Positions 13,005-57,100 of a stretch of DNA of 64,000 nucleotides are shown one piece after another. Under the pieces are notes generated by a model, which did no database searches, was not told the origin of the DNA, and was given only the letters and a program-made list of their open reading frames with translations. A program made the translations under genes and the position numbers. How positions within the stretch are numbered: the stretch's first letter is position 1; each line of letters begins with the position of its first letter. The stretch is from Haliotis rufescens (Eukaryota): NCBI RefSeq assembly GCF_023055435.1, contig NW_025963780.1:39370001-39434000 (forward strand), in the 5' to 3' direction.

Positions 13005-13490
13005 CGCCCTTGTCTAGTGTGATCCCTACAATAAAACACAGATTCACCCTTGTCCATTGAATTCTTCAGAATAAAACTCAAATTTACCATACCTCAGTGT
13101 AATCCCGACAATAAAACACACATATACCCTTGTCCCGTGAGATATCCACAATAAAACACATATTTATCCTTGTCCCGTGAGATTCCCACAATAAAACACA
13201 CATGTACCAGTGTCCCGTAAGATCCACGCAATTAAACACAATTTTATCCTTGTCCAGTGAATTCCCTATAATAAAACAGAAATGTACCCGTGTCTAATGC
13301 AAAACCCACAATAAAACCCACATTTACCCTTCTTGTCCCGTGAGATCCCCACAATAAAAAAAACAAATTTACCCTTGTCAAGTTAGAACCCAACGATAAA
13401 ACACAAATTTACCCTTTTACAGTGATCATGAGTACCCAACAATAACACAAATTTACCCTTGTCTAGTGAATTCTCCACAATAAATCACCA
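13005..13490. repeat. Degenerate tandem repeat of about 39-40 bp
   Basis: Unit like cacaataaaacacatatttacccttgtcccgtgagattcc. Confidence 0.85.
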
Positions 13491-13762
13491 CAGTCATATC
13501 TAAGCTACGTATATATTCTTGATCATTAGAAGAAGGAAAAAGTGCTGAGGTGCTCACATTTCAATATCAATCTAATATAAATTCGTTTAATCAAATAGTT
13601 CAAGATGTGCGTAAAAAACTAGGTATCATTTTGAATTATATGAAAAAAACATAAACAAAATAATTAAAAGAAAGAACGAATTAGTTACGAAACGAGACAA
13701 AGTTAACAACTTTCCGAAATGGTGGCACGTCCTCAACAGACTCTATTCAGTTCCCTGACGCT

Positions 13763-13768
13763 TTTATT
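13763..13768 (-). terminator. Candidate polyadenylation signal of the RTK-like gene
   Basis: AATAAA on the minus strand about 280 nt after the stop codon. Confidence 0.35.
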
Positions 13769-14044
13769 TCACAACTGAATCTTTTAAACTCTGTTCAGCA
13801 AGACACTCGTCAAAGTTGGAGAGAATATTGATCCATGCTTTGTCACTACAACATTAAGTGTGTGTATGTATTGTATTTTCTAAAACATTTTAGTTACTGA
13901 AAATCTCTCATCTATAACAGGAACAAGAACGCGATGTTAAAAATGGCTCTATCAATATGTACGTAAGGAAGTAAAATAAGATCTAAAATATGCAAAAAAT
14001 AGCGCTTCCTCATGTGTGGTAACACACCAACTGTCCAGAGTAGC

Positions 14045-44693
<30,649 letters not shown>

Positions 44694-44779
44694 TCGTCAC
44701 TGCCTGCCCAAACACCTCCGATACCCCAGACGCTAACACTGTTCTCTAACTAGGATGTTGAATACAGAACGGCTGTACA

Positions 44780-44815
44780 CCGACTGTAGAGAGAGGCGAT
44801 AGCGGGTAGTTTATA
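44780..44815 (-). promoter_or_regulatory. Putative core promoter A (TATA + Inr) of the RTK-like gene
   Basis: Minus-strand TATAAA at 44815-44810; Inr-like ACAGT with its A at 44785, 30 nt downstream and about 90 nt before the ATG. Confidence 0.55.
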
Positions 44816-45872
44816 CACGACAATCCAGGAGGTATATTACAGTGTGGTGTAGAAATATTAAAAGGCTCAGGACACACCTACATTGTAGAAGCGCTTATCC
44901 AATAAGAGGTCGTCATTTAATCATCTGGAATACATTTAGCTCCACATTGCGCATGGGTTGTATTGAACATGTGGTATTAGACTACAGTTAAAACGCGGCA
45001 TCGATCTGTGTATCAGATGTTTACTACATCTCGTTCAATGTATTGTCTACATCACATACAGTGTATATGACTTTGTGCCATGGTATAATAGATACCATGC
45101 TATAACAGGGCTCTCCGTATTGTTACATGCAGCGAAGGTGATGATAGCAATAAGGAAAGTTTGACATGATCTATAGGGTGAGCTATTCAGGCTAGTACAG
45201 TCTAGGTTTTGCATGTATCTTTTACAAATACGTTCAAAGCATAAACATATGTATAAATATAAATATATATGACATTTACATGTACGTGCACACTATTAAG
45301 TAAAGCCTGTTCACACCTATATGCCACACCTATATCATTTGAAGGCTAACCTCTGTTTTTTGGAGTCTGCAAACGATACAGTTGAACGTAAGTTGCCTTT
45401 CCTACTGCTGCATGAAGCAATGTTAATATATACGTCAAGTCTGGATATCAGGCAAGTTGAATAACGTCGCCAGGTAGCTTTGACACTTTCTCTAATGCTA
45501 ATGACATGTTGCATGAACTCATTCGCTTGGATGACACATAGTTGATATTCTAAGAGATGGTGAAGATACAGTCAGAATCTTATAATGGACTCTGATTCGT
45601 ATTAGAGGAAGCACGAGAACCTTATGCCTCTACTTCCGGAGTATAGCTCCGATTGATTTCTCTGACTTCAACCATGTTATGGTTGACATATGATTCTCTA
45701 TAATATTGCATACCGACTAATCGTTAGTTCTCTAAATGTAAAAAGAATAGCGTGACGTAATATCATTTTGGCGTAATTGCAGATATGTCTTATGATTATT
45801 GATGCCTTTGGCCGTTAAGCGCATGTTCTAGGTTAAAGTGGTTTAAAGTGATCAAGTTGCCATCTTTTGATT

Positions 45873-48275
45873 TGCTAGTTTCTTGTATCCTGTGTATGAA
45901 GGGTTGCTTGTTTCTTCTATCCTGTGTTTGTATGGCTGCTTGTTTCTTCTATCCTGTTTCTGTAGGGCTGCTTGTTTCTTGTATCCTGTGTATGTAGGGC
46001 TGCTTGTTTCTTCTAACCTGTTTCTGTAGGGCTGCTAGTTTCTTGTATCCTGTGTATGTAGGGCTGCTTGTTTCTTGTATCCTGTGTATGTAGGGCTGCT
46101 TGTTTCTTCTAACCTGTTTCTGTAGGGCTGCTAGTTTCTTGTATCCTGTGTATGTAGGGCTGCTAGTTTCTTCTATCCTGTGTATGTAGGGCTGCTTGTT
46201 TCTTCTATCCTGTGTTTGTAGGGTTGATAGTTTATTGTATCCTGTGTATGTAGGGATACTTGTTTCTTCTATCCTGTGTATGTAGGGCTGCTAGTTTATT
46301 GTATCCTGTGTATGTAGGGCTGCTTGTTTATTGTATCCTGTGTATGTAGGGCTGCTAGTTTCTTCTATCCTGTGTATGTAGGGTTGCTAGTTTATTGTAT
46401 CCTGTGTATGTAGGGATACTTGTTTCTTCTATCCTGTGTATGTAGGGTTGCTAGTTTATTGTATCCTCTGTATGTAAGGCTGCTTGTTTATTGTATCCTG
46501 TGTATGTAGGGTTGCTTGTTTCTTGTATCCTGTGTATGTAGGGTTGCTTGTTTCTTCTATCCTGTGTATGTAGGGCTGCTTGTTTCTTGTATCCTGTGAA
46601 TGTAGGGCTGCCAGTTTCTTCTATCCTGTGTATGTAGGGCTGTTAGTTTCTTGTATCCTGTGTATGTAGGGCTGCTTGTTTATTGTATCCTGTGTATGTA
46701 GGGCTGCTTGTTTATTGTATCCTGTGTATGTAGGGCTGTTAGTTTCTTGTATCCTGTGTATGTAGGGCTGCTTGTTTATTGTATCCTGTGTATGTAGGGC
46801 TGCTAGTTTCTTCTATCCTGTGTATGTAGGGCTGTTAGTTTCTTCTATCCTGTGTATGTAGGGCTGTTAGTTTCTTGTATCCTGTGTATGTAGGGCTGCT
46901 TGTTTATTGTATCCTGTGTATGTAGGGTTGCTTGTTTCTTGTATCCTGTGTATGTAGGGTTGCTTGTTTCTTCTATCCTGTGTATGTAGGGCTGCTTGTT
47001 TCTTGTATCCTGTGTATGTAGGGCTGTTAGTTTCTTCTATCCTGTGTATGTAGGGCTGTTAGTTTCTTGTATCCTGTGTATGTAGGGCTGCTTGTTTATT
47101 GTATCCTGTGTATGTAGGGCTGCTAGTTTCTTCTATCCTGTGTATGTAGGGTTGCTAGTTTATTGTATCCTGTGTATGTAGGGATACTTGTTTCTTCTAT
47201 CCTGTGTATGTAGGGTTGCTAGTTTATTGTATCCTGTGTATGTAGGGCTGCTTGTTTATTGTATCCTGTGTATGTAGGGTTGCTTGTTTCTTGTATCCTG
47301 TGTATGTAGGGTTGCTTGTTTCTTCTATCCTGTGTATGTAGGGCTGCTAGTTTCTTGTATCCTGTGTATGTAGGGTTGCTTGTTTCTTCTATCCTGTGTA
47401 TGTAGGGTTGCTACTTTCTTGTATCCTGTGTATGTAGGGCTGCTTGTTTATTGTATCCTGTGTATGTAGGGTTGCTTGTTTCTTGTATCCTGTGTATGTA
47501 GGGCTGCTTGTTTCTTGTATCCTGTGTATGTAGGGTTGCTTGTTTCTTCTATCCTGTGTATGTAGGGCTGCTAGTTTCTTGTATCCTGTGTATGTAGGGC
47601 TGCTAGTTTCTTCTATCCTGTGTATGTAGGGCTGCTTGATCCTTCTATCCTGTGTATTAGGGCTGCTTGTTTCTTCTATCCTGTGTATGTAGGGCTGCTT
47701 GTTTCTTCTATCCTGTGTATGTAGGGCTGCTTGATCCTTCTATCCTGTGTATTAGGGCTGCTTGTTTCTTCTATCCTGTGTAATTAGGGCTGCTTGATCC
47801 TTCTATCCTGTGTATGTAGGGCAGCTAGTGTCTTGTATCCTGTATATGTAGGGCTGCTGGTTTCTTCTACCCTGTGTATGTACATGTAGGGCTGCTTGTT
47901 TCTTCTATCCCGCGTATGTAGGGCTGCTAGTTTCTTCTATCCTGTGTATGTAGGGTTGCTTGTTTATTGTATCCTGTGTATGTAAGGCTGCTTGTTTCTT
48001 CTATCATGTGTATGTAGGGCCGCTTGTTTTGTCTATCCTGTGTATGTAGGGCTGCTTGTTTATTGTATCCTGTGTCTGTAGGGCTGCTTGTTTCTTCTAT
48101 CCTGTACATGTAGGGTTGCTTGTTTCTTCTATCCCGCGTATGTAGGGTTGCTTGTTTCTTGTATCCTGTTTATGTAGGGCTGCTTGTTTCTTCTATCCTG
48201 TGTATGTAGGGCTGCTTGCTTCTTCTATCCTGTCTATGTTGGGCTGCTTTTTTCTTCTATCGTGTGTTTGTAGAG
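45873..48275. repeat. 32-bp satellite, about 75 copies
   Basis: Unit gggctgcttgtttcttctatcctgtgtatgta. Confidence 0.97.
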
Positions 48276-48885
48276 CTGTATGCTCTTACCCAATGCATGC
48301 TAGCATGGGCGCGTGCCAGTGTGCTTGGAGGAAAGTTAATGATAACATTCTAACAGGAAAAACTGTGACTCCTACACAATGCCGCGCTGTTATCATACAA
48401 ACGTGCATGGTTACAAAATACACACGGTTCATCACAATCATAATATTTATACTGATATAATTGTATATGTGTATTGTAATATCACAACACGAGGTCATTG
48501 ATACCATCGTTATTTTTTCAAACATCCGTCTGTACATTATGTTAATGTTAAATTTGTAATTTTCCTCACCCCTGGTGTACGGAAGACCGTCCTCGTTGTA
48601 TTGATACAGAGGACAAGTGTAAACATGAAATTAACATTCAATAACCATGCTGTTATCTGCAGAGGTAGATAAGGTCACATTGCAAAGGTAAAACCATAAA
48701 CACATTGTGAAATTGAAATACATTGTCCCCGTGGGCAGCTCATGTTGCCATTTTAGGTCATTTCTAATGCAATCTCATGTCGGTGTATAAAGTGAAAATA
48801 GTTCTTGGCAGTTTGCCAGAGACATGCAACTGTTTACCCAATATTACCCGCTAAGCGTCCAAGGTACTTCGCCGCAAGCAAGCAA

Positions 48886-49139
48886 GGTTTGTTTGTTTGT
48901 TGTTTAACGCCGCACTCAGCATTATTCCGGTTATATGACGGCGATCTGTATATAATCGAGTCTGGACCAGACAATCCAGTGATTAATATCACGAGCATCG
49001 ATCCACGCAATTGGGATCGATGCCATGCATCAACCAAGTCAGCGAGCCTGACCACCCGATCCCGTTAGTCGCCTTTTACGACAAGCATAGTCACCTTTTA
49101 CTGCAAGAATTGGTTGCTGAAGACCTATTCTACCCCGGA
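48886..49139 (-). mobile_element. SINE-like interspersed repeat (family B)
   Basis: Reverse complement of 50487-50760; (CAAA)n tail. Confidence 0.8.
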
Positions 49140-49481
49140 ATTCAATATGTTTGTGTTCAATGTTACATTAATTTTCTCTCTCTCTTGCACCCGATGGGTT
49201 ATTTGCTCCTATAGAATTGATAAGAATGTTGTTTGAATAATTCGATGGCACTTATTCTTTTAACTTTGAAATGTTACATAATTAATATATTACTACACTC
49301 ATCCCCATTAATTAATATTGCAATTACAACTCCCTTTCACTCGTTGTAATATAAACTCGTTTGTTTGATAGAAACGAATTTAAACAAGCATTTCCCAGTA
49401 TTTACAATGCCACCCAAACTATTTCTCATTGAATAAACCTTATTGTGACAGACACAAATTAACATGGCGGAAGTCACTTAC

Positions 49482-49552
49482 CCAGACCATTGGACGCTGA
49501 TGTCGACTAGCATCCCCAGAAGGACTACCAGGAGGAAGAAGTGTATCTTCAT
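49482..49552 (-). CDS. RTK-like alternative exon 1b: duplicated signal peptide exon
   Basis: MKIHFFLLVVLLGMLVDISVQWSG; 71 nt as in exon 1a; donor GG|gtaagt; same phase. Confidence 0.7.
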
Positions 49553-49639
49553 TCTACACCAGCCGACTCTAACACCTCAGATACCTCAGAAGCTAACACT
49601 GTTCTCTCACCAGGATGTTGAATACAGAACGGCTGTACA

Positions 49640-49675
49640 CCGACTGGAGAGAGAGGCGATAGCGGGTGGTTTATA
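49640..49675 (-). promoter_or_regulatory. Putative core promoter B (TATA + Inr), duplicate
   Basis: TATAAA at 49675-49670 and CCAGT with its A at 49645; nearly identical to promoter A. Confidence 0.55.
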
Positions 49676-50486
49676 CACGACAATCCAGGAGGTATATTAC
49701 TGTGGGGTGTGGAAATATTTCGTGTTCACATATCTTTCAATGCTTCAAGATAAACAAACTCCGGCCACATCTACATTGTAGAAGCCCTATCCAATATTAT
49801 CAGCTGGAAAACATTTAGATCTGCATTACGGTTGGTTGTATCTATGGTTTGTATTTATCACGTGGCATTTGACTGCGGTAAAAACGCGGCATCGACCTCG
49901 TTCAATGTATTGGCTATATCACATACAATGTATTTAATATGACATTTTTTAATATTGGTTAGTATTACACACAACCACCAGTAGCTAAAGTGATGACGTA
50001 AATCCTGCTGGGGTATCATGCAGGAAGCCGAGGTGCTGTGAGTCCCCATGATCCCCAGCGAGGTGGCCTAGCTTTGGTTACTGGTGGCCTATAGCCCGTG
50101 TTTTAAAATTATAGAATTATATTGTTATGCTCAAATATGTTTCATAAATTGTTTTCAAATATAGCATACAATTGATTTTAAACATTACTTTGCATAGATG
50201 ACTCAATTGTTAACATATTAAACTTGGTCTCGTCGCTATATGGCTTGAATAATGCCGATGCGACGTTAAAGTTTAACTCTCACTCAGTATTGTCACATGC
50301 AGTAAAGGTGATGAAAAGTTTGACATACTCAATCAACTGAATTATTGCACATTCCGCTTTATGATCTGTAGGGTGAGCCATACAGGTAAGTACAGACTAG
50401 ATGTATTGTATGGTTATGGATGACTTCTAAAAATATGTCTGATGCATATATATACATGTAAATATAAATGTCGATCTAACTATAGT

Positions 50487-50760
50487 ACCCATGAAGATCC
50501 CGGGTTAGAATAGATCTCCAGTAACCCATGCTTGTCGTAAGAGGCGACTATGCTTGTCGTTAAAGGCAACTAACGGGATCGGGAGGTCAGGCTCGCTGAC
50601 TTGGTTGATGCATGTCATAGTATCCCAATTGCGTGGACCGATGCTCATGATACCAATCACTGGATTGTCTGGTCCAGACTCGATTATTTACAGACCGTCG
50701 TCATATAGATGGAATATTGCTGAGAGCGGCGTTAAACAGCAAACAAAGAAACACAAACAA
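50487..50760 (+). mobile_element. SINE-like interspersed repeat (family B)
   Basis: catgcttgtcgtaagaggcgacta...ggaatattgctgagagcggcgttaaac + CAAA tail; other copies at 48886 and 60757, fragments near 21520 and 22405. Confidence 0.8.
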
Positions 50761-51156
50761 TGTTTGTATGACATTGATATGTAAAGCCTGTTCACACCTA
50801 TTTGCAACACCTATGATATCTGTAGGCCAAAGAGAAAGCAAACACTCTGTTTTAAAGTTTAAAAAAATACGGTTGAACGTAAAGTAGAGTGAAGCATGAA
50901 GCAGTGTCGGTATATATATTCAAGTTGGGCGATCGGTCAAGTTGAATGAAGTCGCCAAGTAGCTTTGAAACGTTCCCCTATACTAATTGCATGTTGCCAT
51001 TGTGCGAGAGAATAAAACATGAACTTATCGTCACTTGGGTTCGTGACAGAGAAATCATGATACCCTGTTGCCCCTACTTCCGGAATATAGAATATCAAGT
51101 GATTTCTCTGACTTAAACCATGTTATGGTTGATATATAATTAATAATATTTATAAT

Positions 51157-54100
51157 ATGTAGGGCTGCTTGTTTCTTCTATCCTGTGTATGTAGGGCTGC
51201 TAGTTTCTTGTATCCTGTGTATGTAGGGCTGCTTGTTTATTGTATCCTCTGTATGTAGGGCAGCTAGTTTCTTCTATCATGTGTATGTAGGTCTGCTTAA
51301 GCTTGTTTCTTCTATCCTGTGTATGTAGGGCTTCTTGTTTCTTGTATCCTGTGTATGTAGGGCTGCTAGTTTCTTGTTTCCTGTATATGTAGGGCTGCTT
51401 GTTTCTTGTATCCTGTGTATGTAGTGCTGCTTGTTTCTTCTATCCTGTGTATTTAGGGCTGCTTGTTTCTTCTATCCAGTGTATGTAGGGCTGCTTGTTT
51501 CTTCTATCCTGTTGATGTAGGGCTGCTTGTTTCTTCTATCCTGTGTATGTAGGGCTGCTAGTTTCTTCTATCCCGCGTATGTAGGGCTGCTAGTTTCTTG
51601 TATCCTGTGTATGTAGGGCTGCTTGTTTCTTCTATGCTGTGTATGTAGGGCTGCTTGTTTCTTGTATCCTGCTTATGTAGGGCTGCTAGTTTCTTGTATC
51701 CTGTGTATATAGGGCTGCTTGTTTCTTCTATCCTGTGTATGTAGGGCTGCTTGTTTCTTCTATCCCGCGTATGTAGGGCTGCTTGTTTCTTCTATCGTGT
51801 CTATGTAGGGTTGCTTGTTTCTTGTATCCTGTGTATGTAGGGATACTTGCTTCTTCTATCCTGTGTATGTAGGGATACTTGCTTCTTCTATCCTGTGTAT
51901 GTGGGGTGCTTGTTTCTTCTATCCTGTCTATGTTGGGCTGCTTGTTTCTTCTATCCCGCGTATGTAGGGCTGCTTGTTTCTTCTATCCTGTTTATGTAGC
52001 CCCTTTGTTTCTTCTATCCTGTGTATGTAGGGCTGCTTGTTTTTTCTATCCTGTGTATGTAGGGCTGCTTTTTTATTGTATCCTGTGTATGTAGGGCTGC
52101 TTGTTTATTGTATCCTGTGTATGTAGGGCTGTTTGTTTCTTCTATCCTGTGTATGTAGGGCTGTTAGTTTCTTGTATCCTGTGTATGTAGGGCTGCTTGT
52201 TTATTGTATCCTGTGTATGTAGGGCTGCTTGTTCCTTTTATTCTGTATATGTAGGGCTGCTTGTTTTTTCTATCCTGTGTATGTGTGGCTGCTTGTTTCT
52301 TCTATCCTGTGTATGAAGGGATGCTTGTTTCTTCTATCCTGTGTATGTAGGGCAGCTAGTTTCTTGTATCCTGTATATGTAGGGCTGCTTGTTCCTTCTA
52401 TCCTGTGTATATAGGGCTGCTAGCTTATTGTATCCTGTATATGTAGGGCTGCTTGTTCCTTTTATTCTGTATATGTAGGGCTGCTTGTTTTTTCTATCCT
52501 GTGTATGTAGGGCTGCTTGTTTCTTCTCTCCTGTGTATGTAGGGTTTCTTGTATCCTGTGTATGTTAGGCTGCTAGTTTCTTCTATCCTGTGTATGTTAG
52601 GCTGCTAGTTTCTTGTATCCTGTGTATGTAGGGTTGCTTGTTTCTTCTATCCTGTGTATGTAGGGTTGCTTGTTTCTTCTATCCTGTGTATGTAGGGTTG
52701 CTTGTTTCTTCTGTCCTGTGTATGTAGGGTTCCTTGTTTCTTCTATCCTGTGTATGTTGGGCTGCTTGTTTCTTCTATCCTGTGTATGTAGGGCTGCTTG
52801 TTTCTTCTATCCTGTGTATGTAGGGCTGCTTGTTTCTTCTATCCTGTGTATGTAGGGCAGCTAGTTTCTTCAATCCTGTGTATGTAGGGTTGCTTGTTCC
52901 TTCTATCCTGTGTATGTAGGGCTGCTTGTTTCTTCTATCCTGTGTATGTAGGGTTGCTTGTTTCTTCTGTCCTGTGTATGTAGGGCTGCTTGTTTCTTCT
53001 ATCCTGTGTATGTAGTGCTGCTTGTTTCTTGTATCCTGTGTATGTAGGGCTGCTTGTTTCTTCTATCCTGTGTATGTAGGGCTGCTTGTTTCTTCTGTCC
53101 TGTGTATGTAGGGCTGCTAGTTTCTTGTATCCTGTGTATGTAGGGATACCTGTTTCTTCTATCCTGTGTATGTAGGGCTGCTAGTTTCTTCTATCCTGTG
53201 TATGTAGGGCTGCTAGTTTCTTCTATGCTGTGTATGTAGGGCTGCTAGTCTCTTCTATCCTGTGTATGTAGGGCTGCTTGTTTCTTCTATCCTGTGTATG
53301 TAGGGCTACTTATTTCTTCTATCCTGTGTATGTAGGGCTGTTAGTTCCTTGTATCCTGTGTATGTAGGGCTGCTAGTTTCTTCTATCCTGTGTATGTAGG
53401 GCTGTTAGTTCCTTCTATCCTGTGTATGTAGGGCTGCTAGTTTCTTCTATCCTGTGTATGTAGGGCTGCTTGTTTCTTGTATCCTGCTTATGTAGGGCTG
53501 CTAGTTTCTTGTATCCTGTGTATATAGGGCTGCTTGTTTCTTCTATCCTGTGTATGTAGGGCTGCTTGTTTCTTCTATCCCGCGTATGTAGGGCTGCTTG
53601 TTTCTTCTATCGTGTTTATGTAGCGTTGCTTGTTTCTTGTATCCTGTGTATGTAGGGATACTTGCTTCTTCTATCCTGTGTATGTATGGATACTTGCTTC
53701 TTCTATCCTGTGTATGTGGGGTGCTTGTTTCTTCTATCCTGTCTATGTTGGGCTGCTTGTTTCTTCTATCCCGCGTATGTAGGGCTGCTTGTTTCTTCTA
53801 TCGTGTTTATGTAGGGTTGCTTGTTTCTTGTATCCTGTGTATGTAGGGATACTTGCTTCTTCTATCCTGTGTATGTATGGATACTTGCTTCTTCTATCCT
53901 GTGTATGTGGGGTGCTTGTTTCTTCTATCGTGTTTATGTAGGGTTGCTTGTTTCTTCTATCCTGTGTATGTGGGGTGCTTGTTTCTTCTATCCTGTCTAT
54001 GTTGGGCTGCTTGTTTCTTCTATCCCGCGTATGTAGGGCTGCTTATTTCTTCTATCCTGTTTATGTAGCCCCTGTGTTTCTTCTATCCTGTGTATGTAGG

Positions 54101-57100
54101 GCTGCTTGTTTTTCTATCCTGTGTATGTAGGGCTGCTTTTTTATTGTATCCTGTGTATGTAGGGCTGCTTGTTTATTGTATCCTGTGTATGTAGGGCTGT
54201 TTGTTTCTTCTATCCTGTGTATGTAGGGCTGCTAGTTTTTTGTATCCTGTGTATGTAGGGCTGCTTGTTTATTGTATCCTGTGTATGTAGGGCTGCTTGT
54301 TCCTTTTATTCTGTATATGTAGGGCTGCTTGTTTTTTCTATCCTGTGTATGTATGGCTGCTTGTTTCTTCTATCCTGTGTATGAAGGGATGCTTGTTTCT
54401 TCTATCCTGTGTATGTAGGGCAGCTAGTTTCTTGTATCCTGTATATGTAGGGCTGCTTGTTCCTTCTATCCTGTGTATATAGGGCTGCTAGCTTATTGTA
54501 TCCTGTATATGTAGGGCTGCTTGTTCCTTTTATTCTGTATATGTAGGGCTGCTTGTTTTTTCTATCCTGTGTATGTAGGGCTGCTGGTTTCTTCTCTCCT
54601 GTGTATGTAGGGTTTCTTGTATCCTGTGTATGTTAGGCTGCTAGTTTCTTCTATCCTGTGTATGTTAGGCTGCTAGTTTCTTGTATCCTGTGTATGTAGG
54701 GTTGCTTGTTTCTTCTATCCTGTGTATGTAGGGTTGCTTGTTTCTTCTATCCTGTGTATGTAGGGTTGCTTGTTTCTTTTGTCCTGTGTATGTAGGGTTC
54801 CTTGTTTCTTCTATCCTGTGTATGTAGGGTTGCTTGTTTCTTCTATCCTGTGTATGTAGGGCTGCTTGTTTCTTCTATCCTGTGTATGTAGGGCTGCTTG
54901 TTTCTTCTATCCTGTGTATGTAGGGCTGCTAGTTTCTTCAATCCTGTGTATGTAGGGTTGCTTGTTCCTTCTATCCTGTGTATGTAGGGCTGCTTGTTTC
55001 TTCTATCCTGTGTATGTAGGGCTGCTTGTTTCTTCTGTCCTGTGTATGTAGGGCTGCTTGTTTCTTCTATCCTGTGTATGTAGTGCTGCTTGTTTCTTGT
55101 ATCCTGTGTATGTAGGGCTGCTTGTTTCTTCTATCCTGTGTATGTAGGGCTGCTTGTTTCTTTTGTCCTGTGTATGTAGGGCTGCTAGTTTCTTGTATCC
55201 TGTGTATGTAGGGATACCTGTTTCTTCTATCCTGTGTATGTAGGGCTGCTAGTTTCTTCTATCCTGTGTATGTAGGGCTGCTAGTTTCTTCTATGCTGTG
55301 TATGTAGGGCTGCTAGTCTCTTCTATCCTGTGTATGTAGGGCTGCTTGTTTCTTCTATCCTGTGTATGTAGGGCTACTTATTTCTTCTATCCTGTGTATG
55401 TAGGGCTGTTAGTTCCTTGTATCCTGTGTATGTAGGGCTGCTAGTTTCTTCTATCCTGTGTATGTAGGGCTGTTAGTTCCTTCTATCCTGTGTATGTAGG
55501 GCTGCTAGTTTCTTCTATCCTGTGTATGTAGGGCTGTTAGTTTCTTCTATCCTGTGTATGTGGGGCTGCTTGTTTCTTGTATCCTGTGTATGTAAGGCTG
55601 CTTGTTTCTTCTATGCTGTGTATGTAGGGTTCCTTGTTTCTTCTATCCTGTGTATGTAGGGCTGTTAGTTCCTTCTATCCTGTGTATGTAGGGCTGCTAG
55701 ATTCTTCTATCCTGTGTATGTATGTTGGGCTGCTAGTTTCTTCTATCCTGTGTATGTAGGGATACTTGTTTCTTCTATCCTGTGTATGTAGGGCTGCTTG
55801 CTTCTTGTATCCTGTGTATGTAGGGCTGCTTGTTTCTTCTATCCTGTGAATGTAGGGATACTTGTTTCTTGTATCCTGTGTATGTAGGGCTGCTTGTTTC
55901 TTCTATCCTGTGTATGTGGGACTGCTTGTTTCTTCTGTCCTGTGTATGTAGGGCTGCTAGTTTCTTGTATCCTGTTTATGTAGGGCTGTTAGTTGCTTCT
56001 ATCCTGTGTAAGTAGGGCTGTTAGTTTCTTCTATCCTGTGTATGTAGGGCTGCTTGTTTCTTCTATCCTGTGTAAGTAGGGCTGTTAGTTTCTTCTATCC
56101 TGTGTATGTGGGGCTGCTTGTTTCTTGTATCCTGTGTATGTAGGGCTGCTTGTTTCTTCTGTCCTGTGTATATAGGGTTGCTTGTTTCTTCTATCCTGTG
56201 TATGTAGGGCTGTTAGTTCCTTCTATCCTGTGTATTTAGGGCTGCTAGTTTCTTCTATCCTGTGTATGTAGGGATACTTGTTTCTTGTATCCTGTGTATG
56301 TAGGGCTGCTTGTTTCTTCTATCCTGTGTATGCGGGGCTGCTTGTTTCTTGTATCCTGTGTATGTAGGGATACTTGTTTCTTGTATCCTGTGTATGTAGG
56401 GCTGCTTGTTTCTTCTATCCGGTGTATGTGGGGCTGCTTGTTTCTTCTGTCCTGTGTATGTAGGGCTGCTAGTTTCTTGTATCCTGTGTATGAAGGGCGG
56501 CTAGTTTCTTGTATCCTGTGTATGTAGGGTTGCTTGTTTCTTCTATCCTGTGTATGTAGTGTTGCTAGTTTATTGTATCCTATGTATGTAGGGATACTTG
56601 TTTCTTGTATCCTGTGTATGTAGGGCTGCTTGTTTCTTCTATCCTGTGTATATAGGACTGCTTGTTTCTTCTATCCTGTGTATGTGGGGCTGCTTGTTTC
56701 TTCTATCCTGTGTATGTAGTGTTGCTAGTTTCTTGTATCCTGTGTATGTAGGGATACTTGTTTCTTGTATCCTGTGTATGTAGGGATACTTGTTTCTTCT
56801 ATCCTGTGTATGTAGGGCTGCTTGTTTCTTCTATCCTGAGTATGTAGGGCTGCTTGTTTCTTCTATCCTGTGTATGTAGGGCTGCTTGTTTCTTCTGTCC
56901 TGTGTATGTAGGGCTGCTAGTTTCTTGTATCCTGTGTATGTAGGGATACCTGTTTCTTCTATCCTGTGTATGTAGGGCTGCTAGTTTCTTCTATCCTGTG
57001 TATGTAGGGCTGCTAGTTTCTTCTATCCTGTGTATGTAGGGCTCCTAGTCTCTTCTATCCTGTGTATGTAGCTACAGGGCTGCTAGTTTCTTCTATCCTG

